From Escherichia coli (GTDB lineage Bacteria > Pseudomonadota > Gammaproteobacteria > Enterobacterales > Enterobacteriaceae): a stretch of DNA of 64,000 bases. Shown here in pieces: positions 50,094 to 61,715 of the stretch. Numbering within the stretch: the first letter of the stretch is position 1; each line of letters opens with the position of its first letter. The notes under the pieces are model-generated. The model saw nothing but the letters and a program-made list of their open reading frames with translations. It was not told the origin of the DNA and made no database searches. Where the stretch lies: NCBI RefSeq assembly GCF_036507355.1, contig NZ_AP027877.1. One strand, written 5' to 3'. The translations under genes and the position numbers were made by a program.

Positions 50094-50375
50094 CATTGGC
50101 GCAGAAAAAAATGCCTGATGCGACGCTGCGCGTCTTATACTCCCACATATGCCAGATTGAGCAACGGATACGGTTTCCCCAACTTGCCTACTTCCATACG
50201 TGTCCTCCTTACCAGATATTTATCCTTAAGCTCCTCAATAACCATTTTCCTGCTAACTAAATTCATGGTTAAGGTTGCATAATGATACGCAACAAATGTA
50301 TAACATTTTCTTTACAAAAAGAAATAAACAAAAGCGACCGACAAAAGCATCGGATTACGGCAGGAGACTAATGGC

Positions 50376-51674
50376 ATGGCTGAAAGTACTGTAACGGCAG
50401 ACAGCAAACTGACAAGTAGTGATACTCGTCGCCGCATTTGGGCGATTGTGGGGGCCTCTTCAGGTAATCTGGTCGAGTGGTTCGATTTCTATGTCTACTC
50501 GTTCTGTTCACTCTACTTTGCCCACATCTTCTTCCCTTCCGGGAACACGACGACTCAACTACTACAAACAGCAGGTGTTTTTGCTGCGGGATTCCTGATG
50601 CGCCCAATAGGCGGTTGGCTATTTGGCCGCATAGCCGATAAACATGGTCGCAAAAAATCGATGCTGCTATCGGTGTGTATGATGTGTTTCGGCTCACTGG
50701 TAATCGCCTGTTTGCCTGGTTATGAAACAATCGGTACGTGGGCTCCGGCATTATTGCTTCTCGCGCGTTTATTTCAGGGATTATCCGTTGGCGGAGAATA
50801 TGGCACCAGCGCCACCTATATGAGTGAAGTTGCCGTTGAAGGGCGCAAAGGTTTTTACGCATCATTTCAGTATGTGACGTTGATCGGCGGACAACTGCTA
50901 GCCCTACTGGTTGTCGTGGTTTTACAACACACCATGGAAGACGCTGCACTCAGAGAGTGGGGATGGCGTATTCCTTTCGCGTTAGGAGCTGTGTTAGCTG
51001 TTGTGGCGTTGTGGTTACGTCGTCAGTTAGATGAAACTTCGCAACAAGAAACGCGCGCTTTAAAAGAAGCTGGATCTCTGAAAGGATTATGGCGCAATCG
51101 CCGTGCATTCATCATGGTTCTCGGTTTTACCGCTGCGGGCTCCCTTTGTTTCTATACCTTCACCACTTATATGCAGAAGTATCTGGTAAATACTGCGGGA
51201 ATGCATGCCAACGTGGCGAGTGGCATTATGACTGCCGCATTGTTTGTATTCATGCTTATTCAACCACTCATTGGCGCGCTGTCGGATAAGATTGGTCGCC
51301 GTACCTCAATGTTATGTTTCGGTTCGCTGGCAGCCATTTTTACCGTTCCTATTCTCTCAGCATTGCAAAACGTTTCCTCGTCTTATGCCGCTTTTGGTCT
51401 GGTGATGTGTGCCCTGCTGATAGTGAGTTTTTATACATCAATCAGTGGAATACTGAAGGCTGAGATGTTCCCGGCACAGGTTCGCGCATTAGGCGTTGGT
51501 CTGTCATATGCGGTCGCTAATGCTATATTTGGTGGTTCGGCGGAGTACGTAGCGTTGTCGCTGAAATCAATAGGAATGGAAACAGCCTTCTTCTGGTATG
51601 TGACCTTGATGGCCGTGGTGGCGTTTCTGGTTTCTTTGATGCTACATCGCAAAGGGAAGGGGATGCGTCTTTAG
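50376..51674 (+). CDS. kgtP: Alpha-ketoglutarate permease (MFS), 432 aa
   Basis: [54 protein letters not shown]... Confidence 0.95.
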
Positions 51675-51994
51675 TGACGGGTCAGTTGCCAGACGGTATA
51701 GCCGGTGCTTGCACCGGCGACATCCCAGGCCAAATCCTTCCAGCTCCAGCCGCTCCCTTCGGGGCGGCTATCCCAAAGCTCTTTTGACGCCCCCAAACTG
51801 ACAGAGAACATCAATCCAAACATGGCACTGCGATCCCGGCTCATCCCCTGATGCTGTGAATATTCATTTCCGGCGGCGGAAAGCATCGCCGAGGCGATAA
51901 AGTGTTGAGCTTTATCCTGTCCGCTCCAGCTATCGTTAGCCATATGGCTGCATCCAGAAAGTAACAATAGCGAACAGACAAAAAGAATACGCAA
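51671..51994 (-). CDS. yfiM: Lipoprotein YfiM, ~107 aa, probable TTG start
   Basis: ORF 51671-52015; the first ATG lies inside the pssA terminator hairpin, so start placed at TTG 51992-51994 after GGAGG RBS; (M)[22 protein letters not shown]... lipobox. Confidence 0.7.
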
Positions 51995-52003
51995 AACGTG
52001 GCC

Positions 52004-52035
52004 TCCAAAAAACAAACCCCGTACAGGACGGGGTT
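52004..52035 (-). terminator. Rho-independent terminator of pssA
   Basis: Minus strand: aaccccgt-cctgt-acggggtt followed by tgtttttt. Confidence 0.75.
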
Positions 52036-52039
52036 GTGA

Positions 52040-53395
52040 TTACAGGATGCGGCTAATTAATCGGTCGATGCGGATACGGCGCAAACGGCGGATGAGTTTA
52101 CGAACCTTCACCGGATAATCGGCAATACTTTGCAGATCGCGATAGTGCTTAACGATGGTGGTATGCTCGCGGATCAGCTCCAGTTCTTTCTCTCGCTGCG
52201 GCGCAAGCTCCAGTTGTGGATCGTGGATCAAAATGGCGTTTTCCAGATCCAGACGCCAGGCGCGCGGGTTCAGGTTATTACCGGTGATCAACATCCACTT
52301 ATCATCAACCCACATCCCTTTTAGGTGATAGGTGTTGTCGTCATCTTTCCATAACCGAACCACAAGCTGGTCAGTATTGACGTAATACTGCAAACGGCTC
52401 AGGAAACGACGCAGATTGATCTCATAGAGATAAGGCAATGCGCCAATTATCTTGAAAGGTTCATCTTCCGGAATGTAGAAGTCGTTCGCGGTTTTATCAC
52501 CAACAATAATTTCGACCTTTTTCCCTTCGCGCAGCAACTGGATAATATTGCGCACAAGGATTGCTGGCAGGTTGAAGTATGGCGTACAGATGGTTAGTTT
52601 CTGCTCGGCACAAGGCATAAGATGGAAAATGGTCTTGTTCAACAGACTCGATTTCCCCAGCCCCACTAGCGGCGTTACGGAAAGCTGATCGTTGTCGGCA
52701 TCGCCCTGGAAATGATAAGCGGCATCACGCAGCTCCTGGCGGAACAGACGAATATCGTTCTTGATTTCCGGGCTTTTTGGCCGATTAACATCATCCAGAC
52801 GATTAACGCCGCGGCCATTCATAATATTCTGTGTAACCCATTCAAACATAATGTCTGACATCTTACGGTTACGGATAAGATGATAACGGTCGTAGCGATA
52901 TTTATCGTGCTGATGCAGGTAAACATCGTTCAGGCTGGCACCGCTATAAAGTACGCTATCGTCGATGATAAAGCCTTTAAAGTGCAGAACACCAAGGGCT
53001 TCACGGGTATTGATTGGAACGCCATAAACCGGAACATCTACGCCCGGATTTTCCTGCGCCATGCGGCAGTACCAGTCAGCGTTAGTGTTAGATGCCGCAG
53101 CGCCAATGCGTCCACGTTGTGCACGATGCCAGTCGACCAGCACCCGCACATCCAGTTCCGGACGCTGCCTTTTAGCTTCATACAACGCGTTCAGAATGCC
53201 TTTGCCACCGTCATCCTGTTCGAGATACAGGGCGACAATGCAAATGCGCTGCTTCGCGCTGGCTATTTTTTCCAGCAGCGTCTCCCGGAAGTCGGCGGGA
53301 GCGTAAAAGAAATCGACATCATCAACTGATTGAGAAATCTTGGGTAGTTGGGCAAGGTGTTGTTGATGTTTATTACGCTTAAATTTTGACAACAT
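52040..53395 (-). CDS. pssA: CDP-diacylglycerol-serine O-phosphatidyltransferase (PLD-type), 451 aa
   Basis: MLSKFKRNKHQQHLAQLPKISQSVDDVDFFYAPADFRETLLEKIASAKQR...; two HKD-like motifs. Confidence 0.94.
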   Translation of the reverse strand: MLSKFKRNKHQQHLAQLPKISQSVDDVDFFYAPADFRETLLEKIASAKQRICIVALYLEQDDGGKGILNALYEAKRQRPELDVRVLVDWHRAQRGRIGAAASNTNADWYCRMAQENPGVDVPVYGVPINTREALGVLHFKGFIIDDSVLYSGASLNDVYLHQHDKYRYDRYHLIRNRKMSDIMFEWVTQNIMNGRGVNRLDDVNRPKSPEIKNDIRLFRQELRDAAYHFQGDADNDQLSVTPLVGLGKSSLLNKTIFHLMPCAEQKLTICTPYFNLPAILVRNIIQLLREGKKVEIIVGDKTANDFYIPEDEPFKIIGALPYLYEINLRRFLSRLQYYVNTDQLVVRLWKDDDNTYHLKGMWVDDKWMLITGNNLNPRAWRLDLENAILIHDPQLELAPQREKELELIREHTTIVKHYRDLQSIADYPVKVRKLIRRLRRIRIDRLISRIL

Positions 53396-53508
53396 CACAG
53401 TGCATTTCTTCTCTGTTCATTGAAGGGTCCTCTGTGCAATGCAGACGACATAAGCGGGCAATAATAACACCAGTCCCGATTAAGTGGTCAACATTTCCAG
53501 TACCTTAC

Positions 53509-56169
53509 TCATGATTCCTCGCGTTGGGCAAGATTTAGCGTAAGCCCAACGATCCCCTCTTCGAGCTGGATATCAACGTTAAACCCGAGCTTGCGGGCCA
53601 GCGCCACCATGCCACGATTATTTGGCATCGTAATACCATTCAGACGTTGTAGTCCGTGATCTCGCGTATAGGTAATCAACTTTTCCATTAAGCGTCGACC
53701 TAAGCCTAACCCTTTGAGATCCGAGCGAACCAGCACGGCAAATTCGGCATCGATGTTATCAGGGTCGGAGATCGCACGCGTGACGCCGAGGATCTCTTCC
53801 GTTTGATCAATACGTCGTACCGCTACAAACGCCATTTCCCGATCGTAGTCGATCTGCGTCATGTTGGCTAAATCTTCATGGGTAAATTCGTTGATCTCGC
53901 TAAAGTAGCGGTAATAAAGATCTTCTTTGGTGACTCGCGAAATGAATTGCTGAAGTTGTGGCTCATCTTCTGGCAAAATCGGGCGGAACAAGCAGCGTTC
54001 ACCGTTTTTCAATTCTACCCATTCTTCCAGCTGATGCGGATAAGGGCGCACTGCCAGCCGACTCTCGTTATCGCCTTCAAACGGCGCGATATCCAGCGTG
54101 ACATCCAGCGCGGTAAATTCACTGCCAGAAGCCAGCAAAGGATGAATATCCAGACGCTGAATTTCCGGGCAATCGACAATCAAGTTGGAAACCTGCACCA
54201 GAAGCTGGCTCAAGCCTGCAACATCCAATGGGCGTAGCGCACTGCGCGCACGAATCTTTTTACTTTTGATCCCCTGAATAACCAGATAACGGGCCAGGTT
54301 CATATTCAGCGGCGGCAGTGCGACGACGGCTTGATCTTCAGGACGCCACTCCACACCGCCTTCACCCAGCATGATCAACGGCCCAAAAACTGGATCGTGC
54401 TCAACCACAACCCGCAACTCCTGAGCGCCAGCACGGTTAGCCATACTTTGCACCAACAGGCCGTGGACCCGCGCCTGCGGCCAGGTCATTTTTACGCGAT
54501 CGAAAATAGCGTTTGCCGCTTGCTGGACTTCATTGGCTGTACGCAGGTACAGCATGACGCCCTGAACTTCCGATTTATGTGGAATATCCGGCGAACGCAA
54601 TTTCAGCGCCACCGGATAACCAATCTGTTCGGCAATATGCACCGCTTCGGTGCTATCACTGGCAATCCAGGTAGGGAGCGTATTCATGCCATACGCTTGC
54701 AGGATGGGCTGAACTTCATGGGTATCGAGCGACGTAGCCCCTTCGGCAATCGCCTGTTGCAACAGAAGATGCGCTTTTGCGGTATTGGAAGTCAGATTGC
54801 TGGGCAACGCCGGCGTTTCGCGTAGTTGCTTCTGATTACGCCGGTACTCCACCATATGCATAAAAGCAGTGATGGTTCCTTCCGGGGTACGGTAGGTCGG
54901 CAGCCCGGCTTCGCTGAATAAACGTCGTGCCTCTTGCGAGGAGTGCTCGCCGCACCAGTTCGTCAGCAGAGAAACATACTTGCTGCGGGGATGATGCTTT
55001 ACCGCTTCAATTAATGCTTGCGCACTTTCTGTTGCGGGAGCAGCGGCGCTGGGCGAATGAATAACCATCAGCGCATCAAAATCCTGGCTATGGAGCAGAA
55101 TGTCCAGCGTTTTGACATAATGCTCGCTGCTGGCGTCATCGCGCAGATCGAGCGGGTTAGAGATTGCCACATGTCCTGGCAGTGCATCGCGCAGTTTCTT
55201 GCAGGTTTCTTCGCTTAGTGTTGCCAGCTTGCCATTGCGTGACCATAAGGCATCCAGCGCCAGCGCGGCAGGCGCAGCACCGTTGCTGATAATCATCAAC
55301 CGGTCGCCACGCAGCGGGCGCATATGGCTAAGGGTTTCTACCGCCGAAAACAGTTCGTGGGTGTCCTGTACCCGCAACAAACCGGCACGCTGAATAGCCG
55401 CATCCCACGCCGGATCCATTCCTGCCGTGGTGTTCAACAGACGTTGAGCCGCCGGGCTACGTCCGCTTTTAATCACCAGAATCGGTTTATTGCGCGAGGC
55501 ACTACGGGCCGCCGAAACAAAGCGTCGCGCGTCGCTTAACTGTTCGAGATAGAGCAGGATGGCGCTGGTTTTACTGTCGCGCGCCAGATAGTCGAGCAAT
55601 TCATCAACGTCGATATCCAGGCTGTCGCCGAGCGCAATAAAGTAGGAAAAGCCCATCTCACGCTGTTGCGCCCAGTCGAGGATGGTGTTGGAGACGGCAG
55701 CCGATTGCGAAATAAACGCCAGCTTGCCGCGTTTAATCGGCACAGGCGAAAAGCTGGCATTCAGACCTTGCCAGGGAGCCAGTAAACCCAGACTGTTTGG
55801 TCCAAGCAGGCGCATGTTATGGCGCAGGGCGCAGGCGCGGAGATCTTCGTGTTGCGATGCCGGGGCGGAAAGAATAATGCAGGTTTTACAGCCTTTCTCG
55901 CCGAGCTCTTCCAGAAGAGCAAGATTACGGCTGGCATTGGTACATAAAACCGCAAGGTCGGGTGTAAAGGGCAAGCTGGCAATATCCGGCCAGGCCAACA
56001 CACCCAACACCGCTTTCCAGGCTGGCGTCACCGGGAGTACCGGTCCGTTAAAGCCTCCCGCCAGCAGGTTACGCATCATCAGGTAACCTGCGCGATTGGG
56101 TTTCATCGACGCGCCAATTACCGCTATCGATTTTGGTCGCAGTAGTGCTTCCAGTCCTCGCTGACTCAT
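53509..56169 (-). CDS. patZ: Protein lysine acetyltransferase PatZ/Pka (NDP-forming acyl-CoA synthetase-like + GNAT), 886 aa
   Basis: MSQRGLEALLRPKSIAVIGASMKPNRAGYLMMRNLLAGGFNGPVLPVTP...; C-terminal GNAT region. Confidence 0.94.
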   Translation of the reverse strand: MSQRGLEALLRPKSIAVIGASMKPNRAGYLMMRNLLAGGFNGPVLPVTPAWKAVLGVLAWPDIASLPFTPDLAVLCTNASRNLALLEELGEKGCKTCIILSAPASQHEDLRACALRHNMRLLGPNSLGLLAPWQGLNASFSPVPIKRGKLAFISQSAAVSNTILDWAQQREMGFSYFIALGDSLDIDVDELLDYLARDSKTSAILLYLEQLSDARRFVSAARSASRNKPILVIKSGRSPAAQRLLNTTAGMDPAWDAAIQRAGLLRVQDTHELFSAVETLSHMRPLRGDRLMIISNGAAPAALALDALWSRNGKLATLSEETCKKLRDALPGHVAISNPLDLRDDASSEHYVKTLDILLHSQDFDALMVIHSPSAAAPATESAQALIEAVKHHPRSKYVSLLTNWCGEHSSQEARRLFSEAGLPTYRTPEGTITAFMHMVEYRRNQKQLRETPALPSNLTSNTAKAHLLLQQAIAEGATSLDTHEVQPILQAYGMNTLPTWIASDSTEAVHIAEQIGYPVALKLRSPDIPHKSEVQGVMLYLRTANEVQQAANAIFDRVKMTWPQARVHGLLVQSMANRAGAQELRVVVEHDPVFGPLIMLGEGGVEWRPEDQAVVALPPLNMNLARYLVIQGIKSKKIRARSALRPLDVAGLSQLLVQVSNLIVDCPEIQRLDIHPLLASGSEFTALDVTLDIAPFEGDNESRLAVRPYPHQLEEWVELKNGERCLFRPILPEDEPQLQQFISRVTKEDLYYRYFSEINEFTHEDLANMTQIDYDREMAFVAVRRIDQTEEILGVTRAISDPDNIDAEFAVLVRSDLKGLGLGRRLMEKLITYTRDHGLQRLNGITMPNNRGMVALARKLGFNVDIQLEEGIVGLTLNLAQREES

Positions 56170-56200
56170 ACCGGTCTCCCGCAGAAGTGACCGAATGATT

Positions 56201-56899
56201 TTAAACGCTTTCTAACTGTTCTGCTGTGATGCTACCCAGATGTTGCGTTTTTCCTGCCAGATAGCGTGTTTTAAAGCGGGTAAAATGCTCGCCTAACCCT
56301 GCTGCCGCCCCGGTATCGCCGGCCATATCTAACAGTGCGATGGCTACCTCGGCAGTACAATATTGGCCTTCAGCCTGGGCTTCACGCAGGCGATAGGCAG
56401 AAAGCCGGGAAAGATCGACGGAAATGACGGGAAGATTATCCAGATACGGACTTTTACGAAACATCTTGCGAGCTTCCGGCCAGGTACCATCGAGCATGAT
56501 AAACAGCGGTGGCTTACCGGCAGGTGGTGTGAAGATCACTTCCCGTTGCTCATCAGCATATGAGGCGGGAAAGACCACCATTGGCTGATAGTTCGGGTTT
56601 TGTACCAGATCCAGCAAATCTTGCGAGGGTTCGGTACGCGACCATTGAAACGCAACGGTATCAGGCAAAATATCAGCAATCAGACGCCCGGTATTACTGG
56701 GCTTCATTGGCTCGGTGTCAAACATCAACAAACAAAAGCGGCTTTTTGCTTCCACTGGCGTGATCGTTGAACAGAGACATAATTTCTCTGGTAATAGACA
56801 GCGTTGGCAACGACGAACGCGATTACCGCGGGCAAGAAAAGGACGTGTTGCGCGCGCAATACGCTCGGCGCGTAACTGGAGAACAGCGTTTTCGGTCAT
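56201..56899 (-). CDS. yfiP: DTW-domain tRNA aminocarboxypropyltransferase (YfiP/TapT), 232 aa
   Basis: Start placed at ATG 56897-56899: MTENAVLQLRAERIARATRPFLARGNRVRRCQRCLLPEKLCLC... Confidence 0.88.
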   Translation of the reverse strand: MTENAVLQLRAERIARATRPFLARGNRVRRCQRCLLPEKLCLCSTITPVEAKSRFCLLMFDTEPMKPSNTGRLIADILPDTVAFQWSRTEPSQDLLDLVQNPNYQPMVVFPASYADEQREVIFTPPAGKPPLFIMLDGTWPEARKMFRKSPYLDNLPVISVDLSRLSAYRLREAQAEGQYCTAEVAIALLDMAGDTGAAAGLGEHFTRFKTRYLAGKTQHLGSITAEQLESV

Positions 56900-56967
56900 A
56901 AGAGAGCGTCGAAAAAACGCCATTGTCGCAGAGGAGAAAACGGGGCACAAGATGCGCCCCGGTAAGA

Positions 56968-57387
56968 TTAAAGAGATTCGTTCAGCCAGCTATCGAACGG
57001 CGCTTTCGGCACTGCGCCATTAAGCATGTCGACAACCTGACCGTTTTTGAAAATCATGATCGTCGGAATACTGCGAATACCAAAGCGGCTGCTTAATTCA
57101 CGTTCAGCTTCGGTATTCACTTTCACAAAGCGCACTTTACCGCTACGCTCTTGCGCGACATCTTCAAAAATTGGTGCGAAATTACGGCAAGGGCCGCACC
57201 ACGGTGCCCAGAAGTCGATCACCACAGGTAGATCATCTTTCAGCAATTTGTCGAGCGTTTCACCGGTCGCATTAATCACCTCTCCGTCAAACAAGTCGTG
57301 ACCGCAGCGTCCGCATTTTGCCGCATCTTCGATCCGATCGTCGGGAATGCGATTGATGGCCTGACAATGGGTACAAACGGTATTCAT
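56968..57387 (-). CDS. trxC: Thioredoxin 2 (N-terminal zinc finger + thioredoxin fold), 139 aa
   Basis: [35 protein letters not shown]...WAPWCGPC active site. Confidence 0.96.
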
Positions 57388-57593
57388 AACTAACCTCGGG
57401 ATGAGTAAGGAGACTTATCGGCAACGACGCCGGTATGTTTCTAATATGTTACATATTATCGGGGACATTGTTCCAGACAACAATCTGTTTTATTCAATAG
57501 GTATGATAGTCGCAGGCTTTGGTACGAAATCATGGCGAACCGCGCGCACTTCGGGTAATCTGCGCGCTTCGCGCAGCGCTGGTGGAGAAAAGC

Positions 57594-58631
57594 ATGAACG
57601 ATGAAATGAAAGGTAAAAGCGGCAAGGTCAAAGTGATGTATGTCCGCAGTGATGATGATTCTGATAAACGTACCCACAACCCGCGTACCGGGAAAGGGGG
57701 CGGGCGTCCAGGAAAATCTCGTGCTGACGGTGGCCGTCGCCCCGCCCGCGATGACAAACAGAGTCAGCCCCGTGACCGCAAGTGGGAGGATTCGCCGTGG
57801 CGCACGGTTTCCCGCGCGCCGGGTGATGAGACGCCGGAAAAGGCCGATCACGGTGGCATCAGTGGTAAAAGTTTTATTGATCCAGAAGTTTTGCGTCGTC
57901 AGCGTGCGGAAGAAACCCGCGTCTACGGCGAAAATGCATGTCAGGCACTGTTCCAGAGCCGTCCGGAAGCGATTGTTCGCGCCTGGTTTATCCAGAGCGT
58001 AACGCCACGTTTTAAAGAAGCCTTGCGCTGGATGGCGGCAAACCGCAAAGCGTACCATGTGGTGGATGAAGCGGAATTGACAAAAGCGTCAGGCACGGAA
58101 CATCACGGCGGCGTTTGCTTCCTGATCAAAAAGCGTAATGGCACAACCGTGCAGCAGTGGGTAAGCCAGGCAGGTGCGCAGGATTGCGTTCTGGCACTGG
58201 AAAACGAATCTAACCCGCATAACCTGGGTGGCATGATGCGCAGCTGCGCGCACTTCGGCGTGAAAGGCGTTGTGGTGCAGGATGCGGCACTGCTGGAGTC
58301 GGGTGCGGCTATCCGTACCGCAGAAGGCGGCGCAGAGCACGTTCAGCCGATTACTGGCGACAACATTGTTAACGTGCTGGATGATTTCCGTCAGGCGGGT
58401 TACACCGTAGTGACAACTTCCAGCGAGCAGGGTAAACCGCTGTTCAAAACCAGTCTGCCAGCGAAAATGGTACTGGTGCTGGGTCAGGAATATGAAGGGT
58501 TACCGGATGCCGCACGCGATCCGAACGATCTGCGCGTGAAGATTGATGGTACTGGCAACGTTGCCGGGCTGAATATCTCTGTCGCAACCGGCGTTCTTCT
58601 TGGCGAATGGTGGCGTCAGAATAAAGCCTGA
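57594..58631 (+). CDS. yfiF: SpoU-family RNA 2'-O-methyltransferase YfiF, 345 aa
   Basis: ATG 57594; [47 protein letters not shown]... basic N-terminus then SpoU methylase domain. Confidence 0.88.
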
Positions 58632-58678
58632 TAAATCAGCCGGGTGGCAACTCTGCCATCCGGCATTTTCCCGCAAAT

Positions 58679-59368
58679 TTACTCACTCTCTGCCGGTAAT
58701 ACTGGCATCCAGTCAATCGGCGTCTCGCCATGTTGTTCCAGCCACTGATTTGCCAGCACAAAATGGTTGCAGCCAAAGAATCCACGATGAGCCGAAAGCG
58801 GCGACGGATGCGGTGCTTTCAGTACATGATGGCGTTGCTTATCTATAATCGCCCCTTTCTTTTGCGCATGCGATCCCCACAACAAAAACACCACGCCTTC
58901 GCGATGCTGGTTAATCAGGCTGATCACTTTATCGGTGAAGGTTTCCCAGCCGAGGCTGGCGTGGGAATGCGCCTGACCTGCGCGTACCGTCAACACAGTA
59001 TTGAGTAGCAGAACGCCCTGACGCGCCCAGCTTTCAAGATAACCATGATTAGGGCGGGTGAAGCCCGGAATAGTATTTTCCAGCTCTTTATACATATTCA
59101 GCAGTGACGGAGGAGTGGCGATTCCGGGGCGAACGGAAAATGCCAGCCCATGCGCCTGTCCCGGTCCGTGATAAGGATCCTGGCCGAGAATCACCACTTT
59201 AACGTCACCCAACTCGGTAAAGCGGAACGTGTTAAAGACATCTTTTTGTGGTGGATAGATAGTGACGCCGGACTGCCGCTCGCTGGCGACGGTCTGAAGG
59301 GTATTAAGAAAATAGGGTTGCTGCTTCTCTTCAGCCAGCACGTCATGCCAGGTTAATTCGTTAGCCAT
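58679..59368 (-). CDS. ung: Uracil-DNA glycosylase, 229 aa
   Basis: [79 protein letters not shown]... Confidence 0.96.
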   Translation of the reverse strand: MANELTWHDVLAEEKQQPYFLNTLQTVASERQSGVTIYPPQKDVFNTFRFTELGDVKVVILGQDPYHGPGQAHGLAFSVRPGIATPPSLLNMYKELENTIPGFTRPNHGYLESWARQGVLLLNTVLTVRAGQAHSHASLGWETFTDKVISLINQHREGVVFLLWGSHAQKKGAIIDKQRHHVLKAPHPSPLSAHRGFFGCNHFVLANQWLEQHGETPIDWMPVLPAESE

Positions 59369-59672
59369 CTCGCTCTCCTGCGAATCTTCAATCCGCCTAG
59401 CTTAACTGCTTCTTTCTACAGAACAAAGTCATGCTCATTTTTTAGACTTAAACGAGTGCAAAAAAATGTAAATTGGTAAAATTTCACACCCGCATAAGTT
59501 GATGTAAAACAATAAAATCCATTTGCGACCACAATCGATGTGTGGTTTTTATTGATTTAAATCAAAGAATCAAGGGTGTTTGAGGAGTATATATACACTC
59601 AAGCAACAATGGTTTTACCAATTGGCCGCGACAGGCTGAACAAATCAAATAATTTTGCCGGGGAGGCATCAC

Positions 59673-60056
59673 ATGATTACAGGTATCCAGATTACTAAAG
59701 CCGCTAACGACGATCTGCTGAACTCTTTCTGGCTGCTGGACAGCGAAAAAGGCGAAGCGCGTTGCATCGTTGCAAAAGCAGGTTATGCAGAAGATGAAGT
59801 GGTTGCAGTAAGCAAACTGGGTGACATTGAATACCGTGAAGTTCCAGTAGAAGTGAAACCAGAAGTTCGCGTTGAAGGTGGTCAACACCTGAACGTTAAC
59901 GTTCTGCGTCGTGAAACTCTGGAAGATGCAGTTAAGCATCCGGAAAAATATCCGCAGCTGACCATCCGTGTATCCGGTTATGCAGTTCGCTTTAACTCTC
60001 TGACTCCGGAACAGCAGCGCGACGTTATCGCTCGTACCTTTACTGAAAGCCTGTAA
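59673..60056 (+). CDS. grcA: Autonomous glycyl radical cofactor GrcA, 127 aa
   Basis: ATG 59673; [42 protein letters not shown]...[12 protein letters not shown] glycyl-radical motif. Confidence 0.95.
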
Positions 60057-60078
60057 GGCTTAAGTAGCAAGTTACTAA

Positions 60079-60108
60079 GCGGAAGAGGGCGACCTCTTCC
60101 GCTTTTTT
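60079..60108 (+). terminator. Rho-independent terminator of grcA
   Basis: gcggaagagg-gcga-cctcttccgc followed by TTTTTTT. Confidence 0.8.
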
Positions 60109-60111
60109 TCA

Positions 60112-60699
60112 TTAATAGAAAATGCGTACCACGCAATAGATCAACAGCAGCGCCAGCACGATATTTAACTGGCGACCATACTGGCGAAACAATCGCTGAA
60201 ACAGATGCCCCGCCAGCGCCCAGCACACATTACCAAACGTCCCAATCATTGCCAACAAAACGCTGACGCCAACTATCCAGCTTAACGCCTGTGTTTGCGG
60301 CAGAATAAATGTCGACAGTGCCGTAACACCGTACAAAATGATTTTGACGTTCACAAACTGCAAAGCAAAGCTGGCCCAAAAACTGATTGGTTTTGTCTGA
60401 AGCCCGTCTTCCTTTGTTGGACTGGTAGCGATTTTCCACGCCAGCCAGACAATATATGCCGCCCCCGCCCAACTCAACAGATGCACAGCTGCCGGGTCGA
60501 TAACAGCCAGTGAAAACGAAATGCCCGCACACAGCAACATGACGATTAAAAATCCCAGACTCATCCCTGCCAGCACGCGGGTACTCTGACGAAATCCGTG
60601 CGTTGTGGCTGAGCTAAGGGCGAGAATATTGTTCGGTCCTGGCGTCATGGCGGTAATCAGGGTGTAAGTCCAAAAAGCACTTAAAAGGGTCGGTGTCAC
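60112..60699 (-). CDS. eamB: Cysteine/O-acetylserine exporter (LysE/RhtB family), 195 aa
   Basis: MTPTLLSAFWTYTLITAMTPGPNNILALSSATTHGFRQSTRVLAGMSLGFLIV... Confidence 0.92.
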   Translation of the reverse strand: MTPTLLSAFWTYTLITAMTPGPNNILALSSATTHGFRQSTRVLAGMSLGFLIVMLLCAGISFSLAVIDPAAVHLLSWAGAAYIVWLAWKIATSPTKEDGLQTKPISFWASFALQFVNVKIILYGVTALSTFILPQTQALSWIVGVSVLLAMIGTFGNVCWALAGHLFQRLFRQYGRQLNIVLALLLIYCVVRIFY

Positions 60700-60801
60700 T
60701 TGTTATCTCCTCTGTTTTGGTAGACAGTACCCGACACGGAACATTTAAAAAAATGAATGTTTTTACATTCTAAATTCGATATTTTCGATAGGTTTGGGGT
60801 T

Positions 60802-61683
60802 ATGGATCTGCGCCGTTTTATTACGCTTAAAACCGTGGTGGAAGAGGGTTCCTTTTTGCGAGCTTCGCAAAAATTGTGCTGTACACAATCGACGGTGACT
60901 TTTCATATTCAGCAGCTTGAGCAGGAGTTCTCGGTACAGTTATTTGAGAAAATTGGCCGACGGATGTGCCTCACTCGCGAAGGTAAAAAGCTGCTGCCGC
61001 ACATTTATGAACTCACCAGAGTGATGGATACCCTTCGTGAGGCTGCCAAAAAGGAGTCGGATCCGGACGGGGAACTACGCGTTGTTTCGGGCGAAACGTT
61101 GCTCTCTTACCGAATGCCGCAGGTGTTGCAGCGTTTTCGGCAACGTGCCCCAAAAGTGCGTTTATCGTTGCAGTCGCTGAACTGTTACGTGATCCGTGAT
61201 GCGCTACTGAATGATGAGGCCGATGTTGGCGTCTTTTATCGTGTAGGGAATGATGATGCTCTGAATCGACGAGAGTTGGGTGAACAATCACTGGTGCTGG
61301 TGGCTTCACCGCAAATTGCAGATGTCGATTTTACTGAGCCGGGAAGACATAACGCCTGTAGCTTTATTATCAACGAACCGCAATGTGTCTTTCGGCAGAT
61401 CTTTGAAAGCACATTGCGCCAGCGGCGGAGCACGGTGGAAAACACCATTGAGCTGTTAAGCATTGAAAGTATCAAACGTTGTGTCGCGGCGAATATCGGT
61501 GTCAGTTACTTGCCCCACTTTGCGGTGGAAAAAGAGCTTGAGAGCGGAGAATTAATTGAATTGCCTTTTGGCGAACAGTCGCAGACCATTACGGCAATGT
61601 GCGCACATCATGCTGGAAAAGCGGTTAGCCCGGCGATGCACATTTTTATTCAGTGTGTTGAAGATTGTTTTTTGCCGGGATAA
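60802..61683 (+). CDS. yfiE: LysR-family transcriptional regulator YfiE, 293 aa
   Basis: ATG 60802; MDLRRFITLKTVVEEGSFLRASQKLCCTQSTVTFHIQQLEQEF... N-terminal HTH. Confidence 0.9.
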   Translation: MDLRRFITLKTVVEEGSFLRASQKLCCTQSTVTFHIQQLEQEFSVQLFEKIGRRMCLTREGKKLLPHIYELTRVMDTLREAAKKESDPDGELRVVSGETLLSYRMPQVLQRFRQRAPKVRLSLQSLNCYVIRDALLNDEADVGVFYRVGNDDALNRRELGEQSLVLVASPQIADVDFTEPGRHNACSFIINEPQCVFRQIFESTLRQRRSTVENTIELLSIESIKRCVAANIGVSYLPHFAVEKELESGELIELPFGEQSQTITAMCAHHAGKAVSPAMHIFIQCVEDCFLPG

Positions 61684-61686
61684 AAA

Positions 61687-61712
61687 TAATGCCGGGCTTA
61701 AACCCGGCATTG
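61687..61712. terminator. Bidirectional hairpin between yfiE and srmB
   Basis: atgccgggc-ttaaa-cccggcat with flanking A/T. Confidence 0.6.
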
Positions 61713-61715
61713 AGA